This document shows, in pieces, positions 1 through 10,529 of a DNA stretch of 64,000 bases. The DNA is from an uncultured candidate division Zixibacteria bacterium (lineage in GTDB: Bacteria; Zixibacteria; MSB-5A5; UBA10806): positions 288,001-352,000 of the forward strand of contig CAWDFP010000007.1 of NCBI GenBank assembly GCA_963801605.1, written 5' to 3'. The notes under the pieces are model-generated. The model ran no database searches. It was not told where the DNA came from and saw only the letters and a list, made by a program, of their open reading frames with translations. Position numbers and translations under genes: made by a program. How positions within the stretch are numbered: position 1 is the stretch's first letter; each line of letters begins with the position of its first letter.

Positions 1-166
1 GTCTAAGGGGCTAAATTTTCACAATCATCAAAGCTGTCTGTCTTAACAATGAGGAACGAAAAACAATAATGAATATATCATGATTTTATAAACTATCAAG
101 TCTATTAACGGAAATTCGCCAAACCCATTTTCGTCCTCTCCATTAATTTTCAACACAAATCCGCTA

Positions 167-201
167 AACTCGCAACTCGTAACTCGGAACCCGAAACTCC
201 T
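167..201. repeat. Five degenerate tandem heptamers (AACTCGN)
   Basis: aactcgc aactcgt aactcgg aacccga aactcct; the first 14 nt recur at 29422-29435. Confidence 0.7.
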
Positions 202-210
202 AAAGTAGAT

Positions 211-240
211 CAGCCCCCGGTCCTTTTGAACCAGGGGCTG
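211..240 (-). terminator. Hairpin downstream of ECF sigma gene
   Basis: cagcccc/ggggctg stem plus inner ggt/acc, 25 nt past the stop; no clear U-tract. Confidence 0.5.
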
Positions 241-265
241 CTATCGGAGAACTATGCTGTAATAG

Positions 266-842
266 CTAATTCAGATGCGCTAACATCGCCGGATGAACAT
301 CCGTGAGCTTGCGCTTGAGTATCGTGCGTCCCCGCGACAGACGGCTGCGCACCGTGCCCAGCGGGCATCCCAGAGTAACGGAAATATCCTGATACGATAA
401 CCCCCGCAGGTCAGCCATGATAATCATGATTCGATAATCTCCCGGCAGCGAGTTGATCGCCTTCTTGATATTATCGCTGACATAGTTGTCGAGCAGACGG
501 TCATCATCGAAACTGATCAGGTCGGCCTCGGCGCGCCTCCGGCTTGGGACGGTCATGCAGAGTCTCGTTGTTGATCTCCTGCTGCTTGGGCGCCTTTTTA
601 TTTTTATGATAATGATTGATATATGTGTTGGTCATGATCCTCACCAGCCAGGCCAGGCAGTTGGTGCCGCGATGAAACATTTCGAAATTGCTGTACGCTT
701 TCAGATATGTTTCCTGCACCAAATCCTCGGAGAATACGGAATCATGAGTCAGCGCCCTGGCCAATCCATAGAGATATTCTAAATGAATCACCGCGGACTG
801 CTCGAACTCCGTTGATAATCGTTCTTTTGAGAATTTGACCAT
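266..842 (-). CDS. ECF (sigma-70 group 4) sigma factor, SigH/SigR-like; one frameshift at about 510-570
   Basis: Region 2 (EDLVQETYLKAY..F..GTN..AWL.RIMTN.YIN) in ORF 504-842 and region 4 (LSYQDIS..LGCPLGTVRSRLSRGR) in ORF 266-556; removing 1 nt gives 191 aa; AGGAG RBS. Confidence 0.85.
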
Positions 843-1056
843 CTTGTCTGCTCCTGAACCAGTTAACCTAACGTTTATGGTATCCCGTTGTAGTCCTTGT
901 CAGAAAAGTGATCCGCCCGAGGGTTTGCCAGTTCCGCGACCACCTTCTGTGTCGATCCTCGTCGACATTTCCCGCTCAATCTTTGCGGGGCCGCCGCTTC
1001 CGACGGCCCCACCCAAAGTAACTGAGGGGAGAGAAGCAAACTACACCAAGACCAAT

Positions 1057-1073
1057 AACAACTATTGTGCCAA
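1057..1073 (-). promoter_or_regulatory. Possible sigma-54 -24/-12 promoter upstream of ECF gene
   Basis: Minus strand TTGGCACAATAGTTGTT: perfect TGGCAC, but GT instead of GC at -12. Confidence 0.3.
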
Positions 1074-1247
1074 ATAATTTGCGGAACTAACGTATTATAC
1101 AGTAATAGGTTATGAAATGAAACTGAGGATCAAATCTATAAAATAGTGTTATTAATAACAGCAGATTTAAACTGTTACTTTAACACTATATATACAAACA
1201 ACTTATATAAAATTTGTAGTGATGATTAAAATAACACTTGTGGGATT

Positions 1248-3006
1248 TTATAACGCTTTTATCACAACCATAGTTAAATCATCGATTTCAGTCTGGCAAT
1301 TGGAGAATTTTCTGGTGGAATCTATCACATATTTAATAATTTCTTTGGCCGATAAGGCTTTTGATTCCTCTAAAGCCGTTATCAGCCTGTCGACCCCAAA
1401 TTCCTGATCATCGCAATTCTTGCTTTCGGTGACACCATCGGTATAATAAAGTAGAATATCCCCGGCATTTAGATAGATGGGACGTTCCTCATAAGCTGAA
1501 TCGTGGAAAGTCCCCAGGGCCAGGCCGCCCTCTTTGAGATATTCTACCGCCCCATTAGCCCGACGAAGAATCGGCGGGTTATGACCGGCATTGGAAAACG
1601 TCAATACTCGATTCTTGGAATCGAGTACACAATAAATGGCAGTCACATAGTTGTCACGTTCCATCGATTCAAACAGCAGATTGTTGACCTTAAAAAGTAT
1701 CGCCCTGATTGCGAAATTATTCCTGATCTCGGCTTTCAAGCTGGCGCGGAATGATGCCATGATAAGAGAAGCCGGCACTCCCTTGCCGGAGACATCGCCA
1801 ATTGCTACCCCAAGCTGGTTATCTACAATGGGAATAAAATCGTAATAGTCTCCCCCCACTGCCGCCGATGGTATATTAATTCCCGATATATCGAAACCGT
1901 CAATTTGCGGGTCCTGTGATGGAAGAAAGGTCATCTGGATTCGTCTGGCAATGGATAGCTCCAGATCGAGTTTTCTGGCCGCCATTCGCTCGTTGTAAAG
2001 ACGAGCCCGTTCTATCGAAATTGCCGCCAGGCTGGCGAAAGCGTTGAGAAGCTCCAGGTCATGCTGAGAATAAGCGCCGGGCTTATCATGCTCAATATTG
2101 AAAGCTCCGATAACATTTTCCCCTACTTTGAGGGGCACCGCCAATTCGGAGCGCGTTTCTACCCGGCACGCTATATAATCAGGATTTTGGGTAACATCGG
2201 ATACAATTATGGCATTGACCCGTTTGCACCACTCGGCCGGTGATCCCCTGTCCAATTCGCATCGGAAGGCTGTCTCGCATCGCCTCCGGTACTCCCCTGC
2301 TGACAATATCATGAATGACTTTGCCGCTGGGGGAAATCAAATAAATCATGGCGCTGTTGTACGAGACTACCCGTCTAAGATTATCGAGAATCTTTTCAAG
2401 CAGATCATCCAATTCAAGTGTGGCAGATAGAGCGATTCCAACCTCATAAAGAGACCGGGCCTCCCGCGATCCGCGTTTGGCGTCCTCGAGAAACCAGGAA
2501 TTTCGAAGCGCCACCGCTACATGATTGCCGAGCGCGCTTAGAGTTGCGAGCTCCTCCTGCGAAAAGCCTTCGGGCCTCTGGCTGTTTGCCGCCTGAACCA
2601 TCCCGAAAAATTCGCCTTCGGCAAAGAGCGGCACGCTGATGAGATTCTTGGGTTTGTTCCGGTAATACCCGCCCGCTAACTCCTGGAATTGAATATCGCT
2701 TTCGAGATCATTAGCGATCACCGGGCCGCGATTAGCTGAGCGCCAGCCAATAAGCGCGTCGCTGTAAGTATGCGGTTTAATATCATGATGATCGGAACCA
2801 TCGAACAGCGTATACAGCTTCAGCACGTTGTTGCGAAGATCGCTTAAAACCACGCTGGCCATTTCGCATTTGAATAGCGTTGTCAGCGATGACAACACAT
2901 TTTTCAGGGCCGCTTCGAGCTTGAGATCGGAATTGATTTTAAGCAGCGACGATATAAAACCATCGTCATCAATATCCCGGAAAACTTGGTTTTTATTATC
3001 AGACAT
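1248..3006 (-). CDS. GAF-GAF-SpoIIE (RsbU-like PP2C) protein phosphatase; frameshift near 2215
   Basis: VGGDYYD, GDVSGKG, NAGHNPP, YTDGVTE, DDLT motifs; two GAF domains; junction GRVVQTG/NAIIVSDV restored by deleting 1 nt (585 aa). Confidence 0.9.
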
Positions 3007-3089
3007 AAAAGAGTATTCTAATATAGAATTCCTTAAAAAAGGGAAATCACTTATTTGTAAATCGACAACAAGACAGCATCTAATTCCGG

Positions 3090-4497
3090 TTATCTCAGAT
3101 TCATGCTCATCTTGATTTTATCTTCCCAGTTATTATCTTTGATCTCGTCCCTCTTAGAGGAGTGTACAAGAGTATAGTCTTCGGCATTTTCAAAATCAAC
3201 AAAGACAAAATATACGCCGCCCTCTATGCCCGTGTACCACCATCTCTCCCATGACCGAGCCTCGATGGTCTGCGGAAAACGTTCGATTTCATTGGGTTCG
3301 CCATAAATTATATAAACCCGCCCACGATCAGTTTTCCAACCGGCGTGACCGCCCTTAAATTTGCCGAAAGCTTCCTTAACATATTTAATACGTCTGTAAT
3401 GCTCTATTTCGTAGGCGTTTTGAGGCGATGACGGATTGGAATTTCGCCTTGCCCAGAAATCTTTCTGAAAGGCCGCTTTGCCGGTTAAATTTAGGGAGTC
3501 GTAAAGCTTAAGTTCATCGGGGGTGGCAATATACGCAATTTCATCTTTGAAATTCTTGGCGTCCTCCTCGGAGGTTATATTGTTTGCCTCGGGAAATTCG
3601 CGTAAAATGCTCTGCATCATCGTTCTTCGGGCCACTTCGCGGGATTCGACTATCGAAAACTGCTTGGATGCAGAAACTGTATCGGGGCCGTCATCAAGCG
3701 TCATGATTAAATTATACTCGCCCGCCTTGAGTGTATCTATGGGAAAACCAACAACAATCACTGCCGATTCACCCGGCTTTACATACGTTATGGACGGATG
3801 AGTTTGAATCGGCTGCCCTCCCAGCGTTAATACCTTGAGCGTAACATGAAACATTGTATCGGCGTCAGCGCTCGTATCCAGTCCGTAACCTTCAGCGTAA
3901 ACACTGGCTATTTTTGCAGCCTGTAGATATTGGCCCGATGGATTTGGCATTACTAACAATCCGTTTTTTACGAACCTGCCGCCTGCAGAATCGGCTTTTA
4001 TCTGGTATGCCAGCTCAATCGATGATAGAGCCGGCTTGGTGCCCTTAAACGCCGGTACGTCCATGATAAACGAGGCAAACCCATCCTTATCGCCGTTTGT
4101 AACAGACAAATCGACCTGATAATGTCCGGCCGGAATCGGATTTCCATACATGTCGGAAATGAGGTAATTGGCTATCATCTAACAAGGAGAGTTTGTCTAT
4201 GCGGTTAGCGGCTTTCCACGACAGGGAATCTATAATCGTACCTTTGGTATTTTTAAGATCCAGCTTGAAATTAATCATGGCCTCGTAGCCGTTTTCCAGC
4301 GGCTCGTATTTTAGCTGATTGCGCCGCAGGTTGTAATGAATCTCGACATAGGAATTGACGGTATCGCCCGGAATTCTGAACACCGCATAGTCAGCGTCAA
4401 ATTGCAGCCCTCTGGATTCTTTACTCTCGGCCCTTGATTGCCCGAGCCAAAGAAACGCCAGAACCGCAATACCAAACAAAGTGATAGCTTTTTTCAT
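3090..4497 (-). CDS. Secreted GWxTD domain protein; frameshift near 4170
   Basis: Signal peptide MKKAITLFGIAVLAFLWLG; GWKTDRGRVYIIYGEP motif; junction gat gat agc [c] aat tac (468 aa joined). Confidence 0.85.
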
Positions 4498-4499
4498 AG

Positions 4500-5807
4500 T
4501 TACCTTAGCTTCCTTAAGTCTCCGTCATATGGATAAATAAGTTCGTAGTCGCCATAACCGTTAAAATCAACAAATCGGAAGGTGCGTTTCAAGCCATAGT
4601 AGTACCAAATTTGATAAGCTTTGGCATCGATATCGAAGGGGTGTCGCTCAATCTCGTCTGGCGGTCCGTATGTTACATAAACCATTCCCATATCGGTTTT
4701 CCAACCGCCGCGCCCGAAATTGCCGAAATTAAGATCGGCGTATCTGATTCGCTTATAATACTCGTCCTTAATTTCATTTTCCGGCGAACTTGGAGTTAAA
4801 TCTTTCGATTTCCAATAGTCATTCCAGGCCTTGATATGTTCAGCCGTCGGAGTAGCGTTGAGTTTTTTCATTTCATCGGGAGTAGCGATATATCGTAGCT
4901 GTTCGACCGCAGTTTTGAAGTCGTTCTTTACAAGCGCCATTACGGACCATCCGATTAGAAACTCGGTCTGGATTTTAGCCTTTAGCTTGGTGCCCGGCGA
5001 ACTCAATTGCAGCGTAAATCTATAATCGCCCGGCAGCAATCCATCGACTTTGAACTTGTCAAGCCGGGGAGTTTTGGCCCCGTTCGAGGGAAACAGCGAT
5101 GTGTCGGCAGTATAAATACGATCACCGCTGCTGACGGTATAAATTGTTAGATATTCCCCGTTGAATTTGGAATTCTCGTTATAAATTTCATAATAAAAAA
5201 TAAGATCCGGCTGCTCGTCGCCATAGGTCCTGGAAACCGATGGTATCATCCTCATGCCATCTTTCACAAACTCGGTGTCTCCCTCCGCCGGAGTAGCATC
5301 GCGCAAAAATTCGATAGTGGAAAGATTAGTCTTATTCTTATAAAAGTCTTTTTGTTTGATATTCAACTCTCTGGGCCTGACAAGCTGCTCCGCGACATTG
5401 GGGTCTTTTAGAGTAGCTAACAAACGATAATCGTCCGGAGCGACATGAAAGGTAACCATATTGATTATAAAATCATCTTTTGAAATCGAACTCTTATAGT
5501 TGTCGGCTACCAGCGATCCATCATTTGATGTGCCCGTAACCTGTTTTCCCTTACGATTAAGCGTGATATCGACCGAATAATCGGCTTTGAATTTATCGCC
5601 GAATTTCTGGAAGGAAAGGCCCGATGAAAATATCTTATAATAGACTTCAAGTATCATGCTATTGGGTGCAGTATCCGCAAAAGCAGCATAATCAATGTAA
5701 AATGACTGCGGAGCCAACTCATCGACAATGCCCGGATTATCCTCGGCCAAGGCCATAGTTGTAAACGGGAGCGTCAAACAAATCATTATCGACAGAAGTC
5801 TTAGCAT
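4500..5807 (-). CDS. Secreted GWxTD domain protein
   Basis: Signal peptide; YWKSKD.TP...NE...EYYKRI.YA...GWKTDMGMVYVTYGPPD. Confidence 0.9.
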   Translation of the reverse strand: MLRLLSIMICLTLPFTTMALAEDNPGIVDELAPQSFYIDYAAFADTAPNSMILEVYYKIFSSGLSFQKFGDKFKADYSVDITLNRKGKQVTGTSNDGSLVADNYKSSISKDDFIINMVTFHVAPDDYRLLATLKDPNVAEQLVRPRELNIKQKDFYKNKTNLSTIEFLRDATPAEGDTEFVKDGMRMIPSVSRTYGDEQPDLIFYYEIYNENSKFNGEYLTIYTVSSGDRIYTADTSLFPSNGAKTPRLDKFKVDGLLPGDYRFTLQLSSPGTKLKAKIQTEFLIGWSVMALVKNDFKTAVEQLRYIATPDEMKKLNATPTAEHIKAWNDYWKSKDLTPSSPENEIKDEYYKRIRYADLNFGNFGRGGWKTDMGMVYVTYGPPDEIERHPFDIDAKAYQIWYYYGLKRTFRFVDFNGYGDYELIYPYDGDLRKLR

Positions 5808-5909
5808 ATCCGGCCTTTCATAAATTTATTATCCAGAAGCAACATAAAGCAAGCTAATTTAACTGCCTTCAAAGGGTTAAACTGTTCGCCGCTGACGAAT
5901 GTTTCAGCT

Positions 5910-7151
5910 TTACTCATAACGCAGGCATTCGATCGGATCCAGCTTTGACGCTCTGGCAGCCGGATAAATGCCGAATACCAAAGCTACCGCCACCGAAAAT
6001 GCAAACCCGATAATTACCCAGGGAATCGAGACTTCTGCCGGAAGAGGAGTCGTGGCTCCGATTATCTTTCCGCCCGCAATTCCAAGTATAATCCCCAGGA
6101 TTCCTCCCAGACCGGATAGCGCCATGGCCTCTATTAAAAATTGCCAGAGAATATTCTTTCGCCTCGCCCCTACCGCCATCCTTATGCCGATCTCCTTGGT
6201 GCGTTCGGTAACCGAGACCAGCATGATATTCATCACACCTACGCCGCCAACCAACAAACCTATCGATGAAATTATAATCATCACCAGCCAGATAGCCTGG
6301 GTAACGGTATTCCAGATTTCCATCAGGCTTTCCTGGGTAAATACCGCGAAATCATCCGGATCGTTATATTTTAAGCCGTGCCGACGGCGCATCAGTTCGG
6401 TTACCTCATCGATTGCCGTGGGCATGGCCTCCGGCGAGAAAGCCTTGACGGCGAGCCAGAGCGCTTTTTCCTCAGGATGAATTTTTCTAAAGGTGCCATA
6501 GGGAATGGTTATAAAGTTATTCTGATTTTCATCGCCGAAAGTTTCTCTCTTGCTCATCACTCCGATAACCGTAAATTTATCATCATTTACCAATATCTGT
6601 TTATCCAGAGGATCCTCATACGGAAAGAGCTTTTCGGCAACTCCGCTGCCGAGCACGGCTACCATATTATGATTTTTCTCGTCACCATCATCGAAGAAGC
6701 GGCCGTTATCAACATAATGATTATTTACGATTTCATAATCGGGTAATGTCCCAAACAATGAGGGATTGCGAATTTCATTATCTTTATATTTGGCGGTATT
6801 GCCGCCAGGTTTACGATAATAATTCTGCGGCGCAATCGCCGTGATAGCCGGGCAGCCGCTCATGATGGCTTTAGCATCCTCGAAAGTTATATCTTTTCGG
6901 TTACGTTCGGATGGAGGCCGATTTCCAAAAGTTATCCCCGGTTTGTATTTCGATACATAAACAACATTTGATCCCATCGACTCGATCTGGCGCGATATCG
7001 AATTATTGAGGCCGGTAATAACGGAAACCACAGTAATAATAGTAAATACTCCAATAAGAACCCCAAGAACAGTCAGAAACGAACGCATCTTATGCGCCTT
7101 GAATGTCCCCAGCGCCATGATCAGGCTTTCTTTAAATTCGTTGGCTCTCAT
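5910..7151 (-). CDS. MacB/FtsX-family ABC transporter permease
   Basis: RSFLTVLGVLIGV; GGVGVMNIMLVSVTERTKEIGIRMAVGA; LDPIECLRYE. Start placed at ATG 7151 (GGAGG RBS). Confidence 0.92.
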   Translation of the reverse strand: MRANEFKESLIMALGTFKAHKMRSFLTVLGVLIGVFTIITVVSVITGLNNSISRQIESMGSNVVYVSKYKPGITFGNRPPSERNRKDITFEDAKAIMSGCPAITAIAPQNYYRKPGGNTAKYKDNEIRNPSLFGTLPDYEIVNNHYVDNGRFFDDGDEKNHNMVAVLGSGVAEKLFPYEDPLDKQILVNDDKFTVIGVMSKRETFGDENQNNFITIPYGTFRKIHPEEKALWLAVKAFSPEAMPTAIDEVTELMRRRHGLKYNDPDDFAVFTQESLMEIWNTVTQAIWLVMIIISSIGLLVGGVGVMNIMLVSVTERTKEIGIRMAVGARRKNILWQFLIEAMALSGLGGILGIILGIAGGKIIGATTPLPAEVSIPWVIIGFAFSVAVALVFGIYPAARASKLDPIECLRYE

Positions 7152-7324
7152 GGCCTTTCCCTCCGAATAAAAAGCACTAATGCCCAAACTAAGGCGACGG
7201 CGCTTCCCAATAGTAAACCCTCGGGCATTCCTTTATTGTCCGAAAGCCACGATAAAATCGCGGAAAGCGTTAAGATTGATGCCATTCCATAAATGGGAAT
7301 GAATATTTGGCGGGCCGCGTTCAT
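7148..7324 (-). CDS. Small 58-aa two-TM membrane protein (not in ORF track)
   Basis: Hand translation MNAARQIFIPIYGMASILTLSAILSWLSDNKGMPEGLLLGSAVALVWALVLFIRRERP*; ATGA overlaps with both neighbouring permease genes; GAGG upstream. Confidence 0.75.
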   Translation of the reverse strand: MNAARQIFIPIYGMASILTLSAILSWLSDNKGMPEGLLLGSAVALVWALVLFIRRERP

Positions 7325-8538
7325 TCGTACCTCAAGGCCTCGATCGGATCGAGCCTGGCGGCTTTAAGCGCCGGGAATAACCCAAAAACAATTCCAACGC
7401 TTGAGGCTACTCCCAATCCGCTTAAAACTGCCCAGGTTTGGATTGAGGCTGGTAATGGAGAAAATTGATGCACCAACAGCGCCAGTCCTACTCCCAGCAA
7501 AACTCCAACGGCGCCTCCCACAATCGAAAGGGTGACCGCCTCAATTAAAAATTGCCAGAGAATATCGCGCCGCCTGGCCCCGATAGCCTTCCTGACTCCA
7601 ATTTCGCGAGTTCGCTCTGTAACCGAAACCAGCATGATATTCATAATGACGATACCGCCGACTAACAGCGAGACCGATGATAATATGATGAGAACCATCC
7701 AGGCGGCTCCTGTAAAATTATTATATAATTGCATCAGTGAGCCGGCTGTCATTATGCCGAAATCATCTTTTTGGTTGTAGGTTGTTTTATGACGGCTGCG
7801 CAATATCATGCGGGCCTGGTCCTGAGCCTCTTCGAGATATTTAACATCGGTCGCCTTGGCGTAGACGGCTATGCTCATTCTGCGTCCAAAATATTTTTCG
7901 AAAGTGGAAAGCGGAATACAAACCCAGCTATCCTGATTTTGCCCCAGGAAAGAGCCGCGCTTTTTTCCCACTCCCACCACTCGAAAATAGTAATTCCCGA
8001 CTTTTATATCACGCCCCAGAGGTGAGCCAACCTTCATGAGATTATCGACAATATCCGGCCCCACCAGGCAAACCGCCGTGCGGCGCTCATCGTCATTTTG
8101 GTTCAAATTGCGTCCGTAATCGATATCGACATCGGAAATGTCGGTAAAATTATAAGTTACGCCGGACAGATACACGTCCTCGAGATAATTGGAACCGTAC
8201 TTGACTCGTTTCATCGTCTCGACTGCTCCGCCGACGTCCTCGCAGAGAGTGCAGCCGCGCTTGATAGCCTCCATGTCATCCATCGTGATATCTTTATGCT
8301 TGCGGGCGTTGAGCCAATCTTCCTCGGAGGTTATGATGCCTTCTTTATCGATTATAAATGTATTGGAACCAAGGGTATTTATTTTGACCGTAACATAATT
8401 ATTCATGCCGTTGATTATAGAAACGACGGCAATGACGGTTGTAACCCCGATAATAATTCCGATAAGTGTCAAAATCGACCGCAGCTTGTTGGCCGCGATC
8501 GATTGGAAAGCCATGACAACACCCTCGATAAACCACAT
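7321..8538 (-). CDS. MacB/FtsX-family ABC transporter permease
   Basis: RSILTLIGIIIGV; GGIVIMNIMLVSVTERTREIGVRKAIGA; LDPIEALRYE. Confidence 0.92.
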   Translation of the reverse strand: MWFIEGVVMAFQSIAANKLRSILTLIGIIIGVTTVIAVVSIINGMNNYVTVKINTLGSNTFIIDKEGIITSEEDWLNARKHKDITMDDMEAIKRGCTLCEDVGGAVETMKRVKYGSNYLEDVYLSGVTYNFTDISDVDIDYGRNLNQNDDERRTAVCLVGPDIVDNLMKVGSPLGRDIKVGNYYFRVVGVGKKRGSFLGQNQDSWVCIPLSTFEKYFGRRMSIAVYAKATDVKYLEEAQDQARMILRSRHKTTYNQKDDFGIMTAGSLMQLYNNFTGAAWMVLIILSSVSLLVGGIVIMNIMLVSVTERTREIGVRKAIGARRRDILWQFLIEAVTLSIVGGAVGVLLGVGLALLVHQFSPLPASIQTWAVLSGLGVASSVGIVFGLFPALKAARLDPIEALRYE

Positions 8539-8541
8539 ATT

Positions 8542-9231
8542 TTATACGCTCTCGGGTTTTCTTTCTTCTTTTTCAATCGTGCCGTCGCGGATATAAATAA
8601 TGCGGTCGGCATAGAGAGCGATATCGCGCTCGTGAGTTACGATGATAATGGTATTACCTTCGTGATGCAGCCTGGAAAGCAGCGCCATTATTTCGATGCC
8701 GGTGTTGGTATCGAGATTTCCGGTTGGCTCATCGGCTAAAATTAGCGACGGTTTATTGACGAGCGCCCTGGCAATCGCCACTCGCTGCCTTTGCCCGCCC
8801 GATAGCTCGTTAGGCCTGTGCAGCATGCGATCACCCAGATCCACCATTACCAGCGATTCTTTGGCCTTCTCGCGCCTGTCCTCTGCGCGGGTACCGTTAT
8901 AGATCAGCGGAAGTTCGACATTATGCAGAGCGGTAGCTCGCGGCAAAAGATTGAATGTCTGAAATACAAAGCCTATCTCTTTGTTTCGAATATGCGCCAG
9001 CTCATCATCGCCCATGCCTGAAACCAGACGGCCATTGAGTTCATAAACGCCTTTGCTGGGAGTATCCAGGCAGCCAATCAGGTTCATCAGGGTCGATTTG
9101 CCCGAACCTGACGGTCCCATGATAGCCACATATTCGCCTTTTTCGATATTCAGAGTTACACCCCGCAAGGCGTGAACTTCCTCTGTACCGACCTGGTAAA
9201 CCTTCCAGAGATCTTTGGTGCTGATTAACAA
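8542..9231 (-). CDS. ABC transporter ATP-binding protein (MacB/LolD type)
   Basis: [34 protein letters not shown]. Confidence 0.95.
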   Translation of the reverse strand: MLISTKDLWKVYQVGTEEVHALRGVTLNIEKGEYVAIMGPSGSGKSTLMNLIGCLDTPSKGVYELNGRLVSGMGDDELAHIRNKEIGFVFQTFNLLPRATALHNVELPLIYNGTRAEDRREKAKESLVMVDLGDRMLHRPNELSGGQRQRVAIARALVNKPSLILADEPTGNLDTNTGIEIMALLSRLHHEGNTIIIVTHERDIALYADRIIYIRDGTIEKEERKPESV

Positions 9232-9252
9232 ACCGACACACTCCGATTTAAT

Positions 9253-10512
9253 TTAATCTATCCGCACTGAGGCGCTATCGCCGCCGGTGCTGAATTTAGG
9301 TTTTTGCGGATCGATTACTTCGCTTTGCTTAATAGTTCGCAGTGTTTTATACGGCCCGGTGATAATGCTGTCGCCTTCGGCTATTCCGCTAATAATCTCG
9401 ACATATTGCTGATCCCTGATACCCGTTTTTACCGGTACAAATTTGGCTTTGCCGCCTTTCACCGTGAAGACGCCATCGATATCCTTTTTCTTTTTAAGGC
9501 TGGCATCAGCTTTTACTTCATCTGCCTTGGCGCCGTCTTTGGATGTATCCTTATTGAGCTCTTCCTTGTCGGTTCCTTCGGGACGCATTACGACCGCTCT
9601 TGATGGTATCTTGATGACATCGGGACGCTGGGCGGTAGTAATATCTATCGACGCTGTCATGCCGGGTTTGATATTGGCGACAGTATCTTCAATCAGCACT
9701 TTCACGAGGAAATTTGTTACCTGATCGGTCGTTGTAGTATAGCTGTTTGAGGTTTGCGCGGAATTGCCAACCTCGATGACTCGTCCGTGATAGGTTGTAT
9801 CGGGAAAAGCGTCCAGCGAAATTTTTACATCCTGATCGACGGCAACGGAAGCAATATCGGTCTCGTCGACCTCGGCCTCGATCTCGATTGCCGAAAGATC
9901 GGAGATGACCATAATAACGGTGCCGGCAGAATTCATGGTGCCGATAACGACATTCTCACCCAATTCGGAATTGAGCTTGGTGATGACTCCGCTCATCGGC
10001 GCCCTGATAGTGCATTTATCGAGTTGATCCTGCGCCCGGTCCAAATTGGCCTGATTGATCTGCACTTGCGCCACTGCCTGATCGTAATTGCTCTGCGCGA
10101 TATCGAGTTGTGACTGGGGAGTAAGATTTTTGGCAAAGAGCGCTTTTTCGCGATCCAAAGTAATTTTGCATGTTTCGAGGTTTGATTGTGCGGAAAGAAG
10201 TGAACCCCTGGCCTGCGCAACATCCATTTCGCGCGATTTGGAATCTATCCCCACCAATAGCTGGCTGGCTTTAACGATGTCGCCTTCTTTGACAGGCAAG
10301 CGCTCGATACGGCCCATTACATCCGCCGAGATTTGTACATCGGCCTGAGCCTTGACCTTGCCGGTAGCGGTGACAATCGAGGTCAGCTCTCCCCTGCTGG
10401 CTTTCTCGACTGTGACAGGTGTTTTCTTGACGCCGGCAGATTTAAGCGCCAGGATAACAAACACCGCCAGAATGATGACGCCGCCGATGATAAAATACCA
10501 CTTCTTTTTCAT
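9253..10512 (-). CDS. Periplasmic adaptor (MacA/HlyD-family membrane fusion protein)
   Basis: N-terminal TM, VKEGD.VK, coiled coil, IRAPMSG, VDETDI, KPGMTA; ATG 10512 with GGAGG RBS. Confidence 0.92.
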   Translation of the reverse strand: MKKKWYFIIGGVIILAVFVILALKSAGVKKTPVTVEKASRGELTSIVTATGKVKAQADVQISADVMGRIERLPVKEGDIVKASQLLVGIDSKSREMDVAQARGSLLSAQSNLETCKITLDREKALFAKNLTPQSQLDIAQSNYDQAVAQVQINQANLDRAQDQLDKCTIRAPMSGVITKLNSELGENVVIGTMNSAGTVIMVISDLSAIEIEAEVDETDIASVAVDQDVKISLDAFPDTTYHGRVIEVGNSAQTSNSYTTTTDQVTNFLVKVLIEDTVANIKPGMTASIDITTAQRPDVIKIPSRAVVMRPEGTDKEELNKDTSKDGAKADEVKADASLKKKKDIDGVFTVKGGKAKFVPVKTGIRDQQYVEIISGIAEGDSIITGPYKTLRTIKQSEVIDPQKPKFSTGGDSASVRID

Positions 10513-10529
10513 TATCGCTCCTCCAAACA

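Noticed and set aside
167..201. CRISPR array here or elsewhere in the window
   Set aside because: Units are 7 nt with no spacers; I saw no regularly spaced 23-47-nt repeats or cas genes
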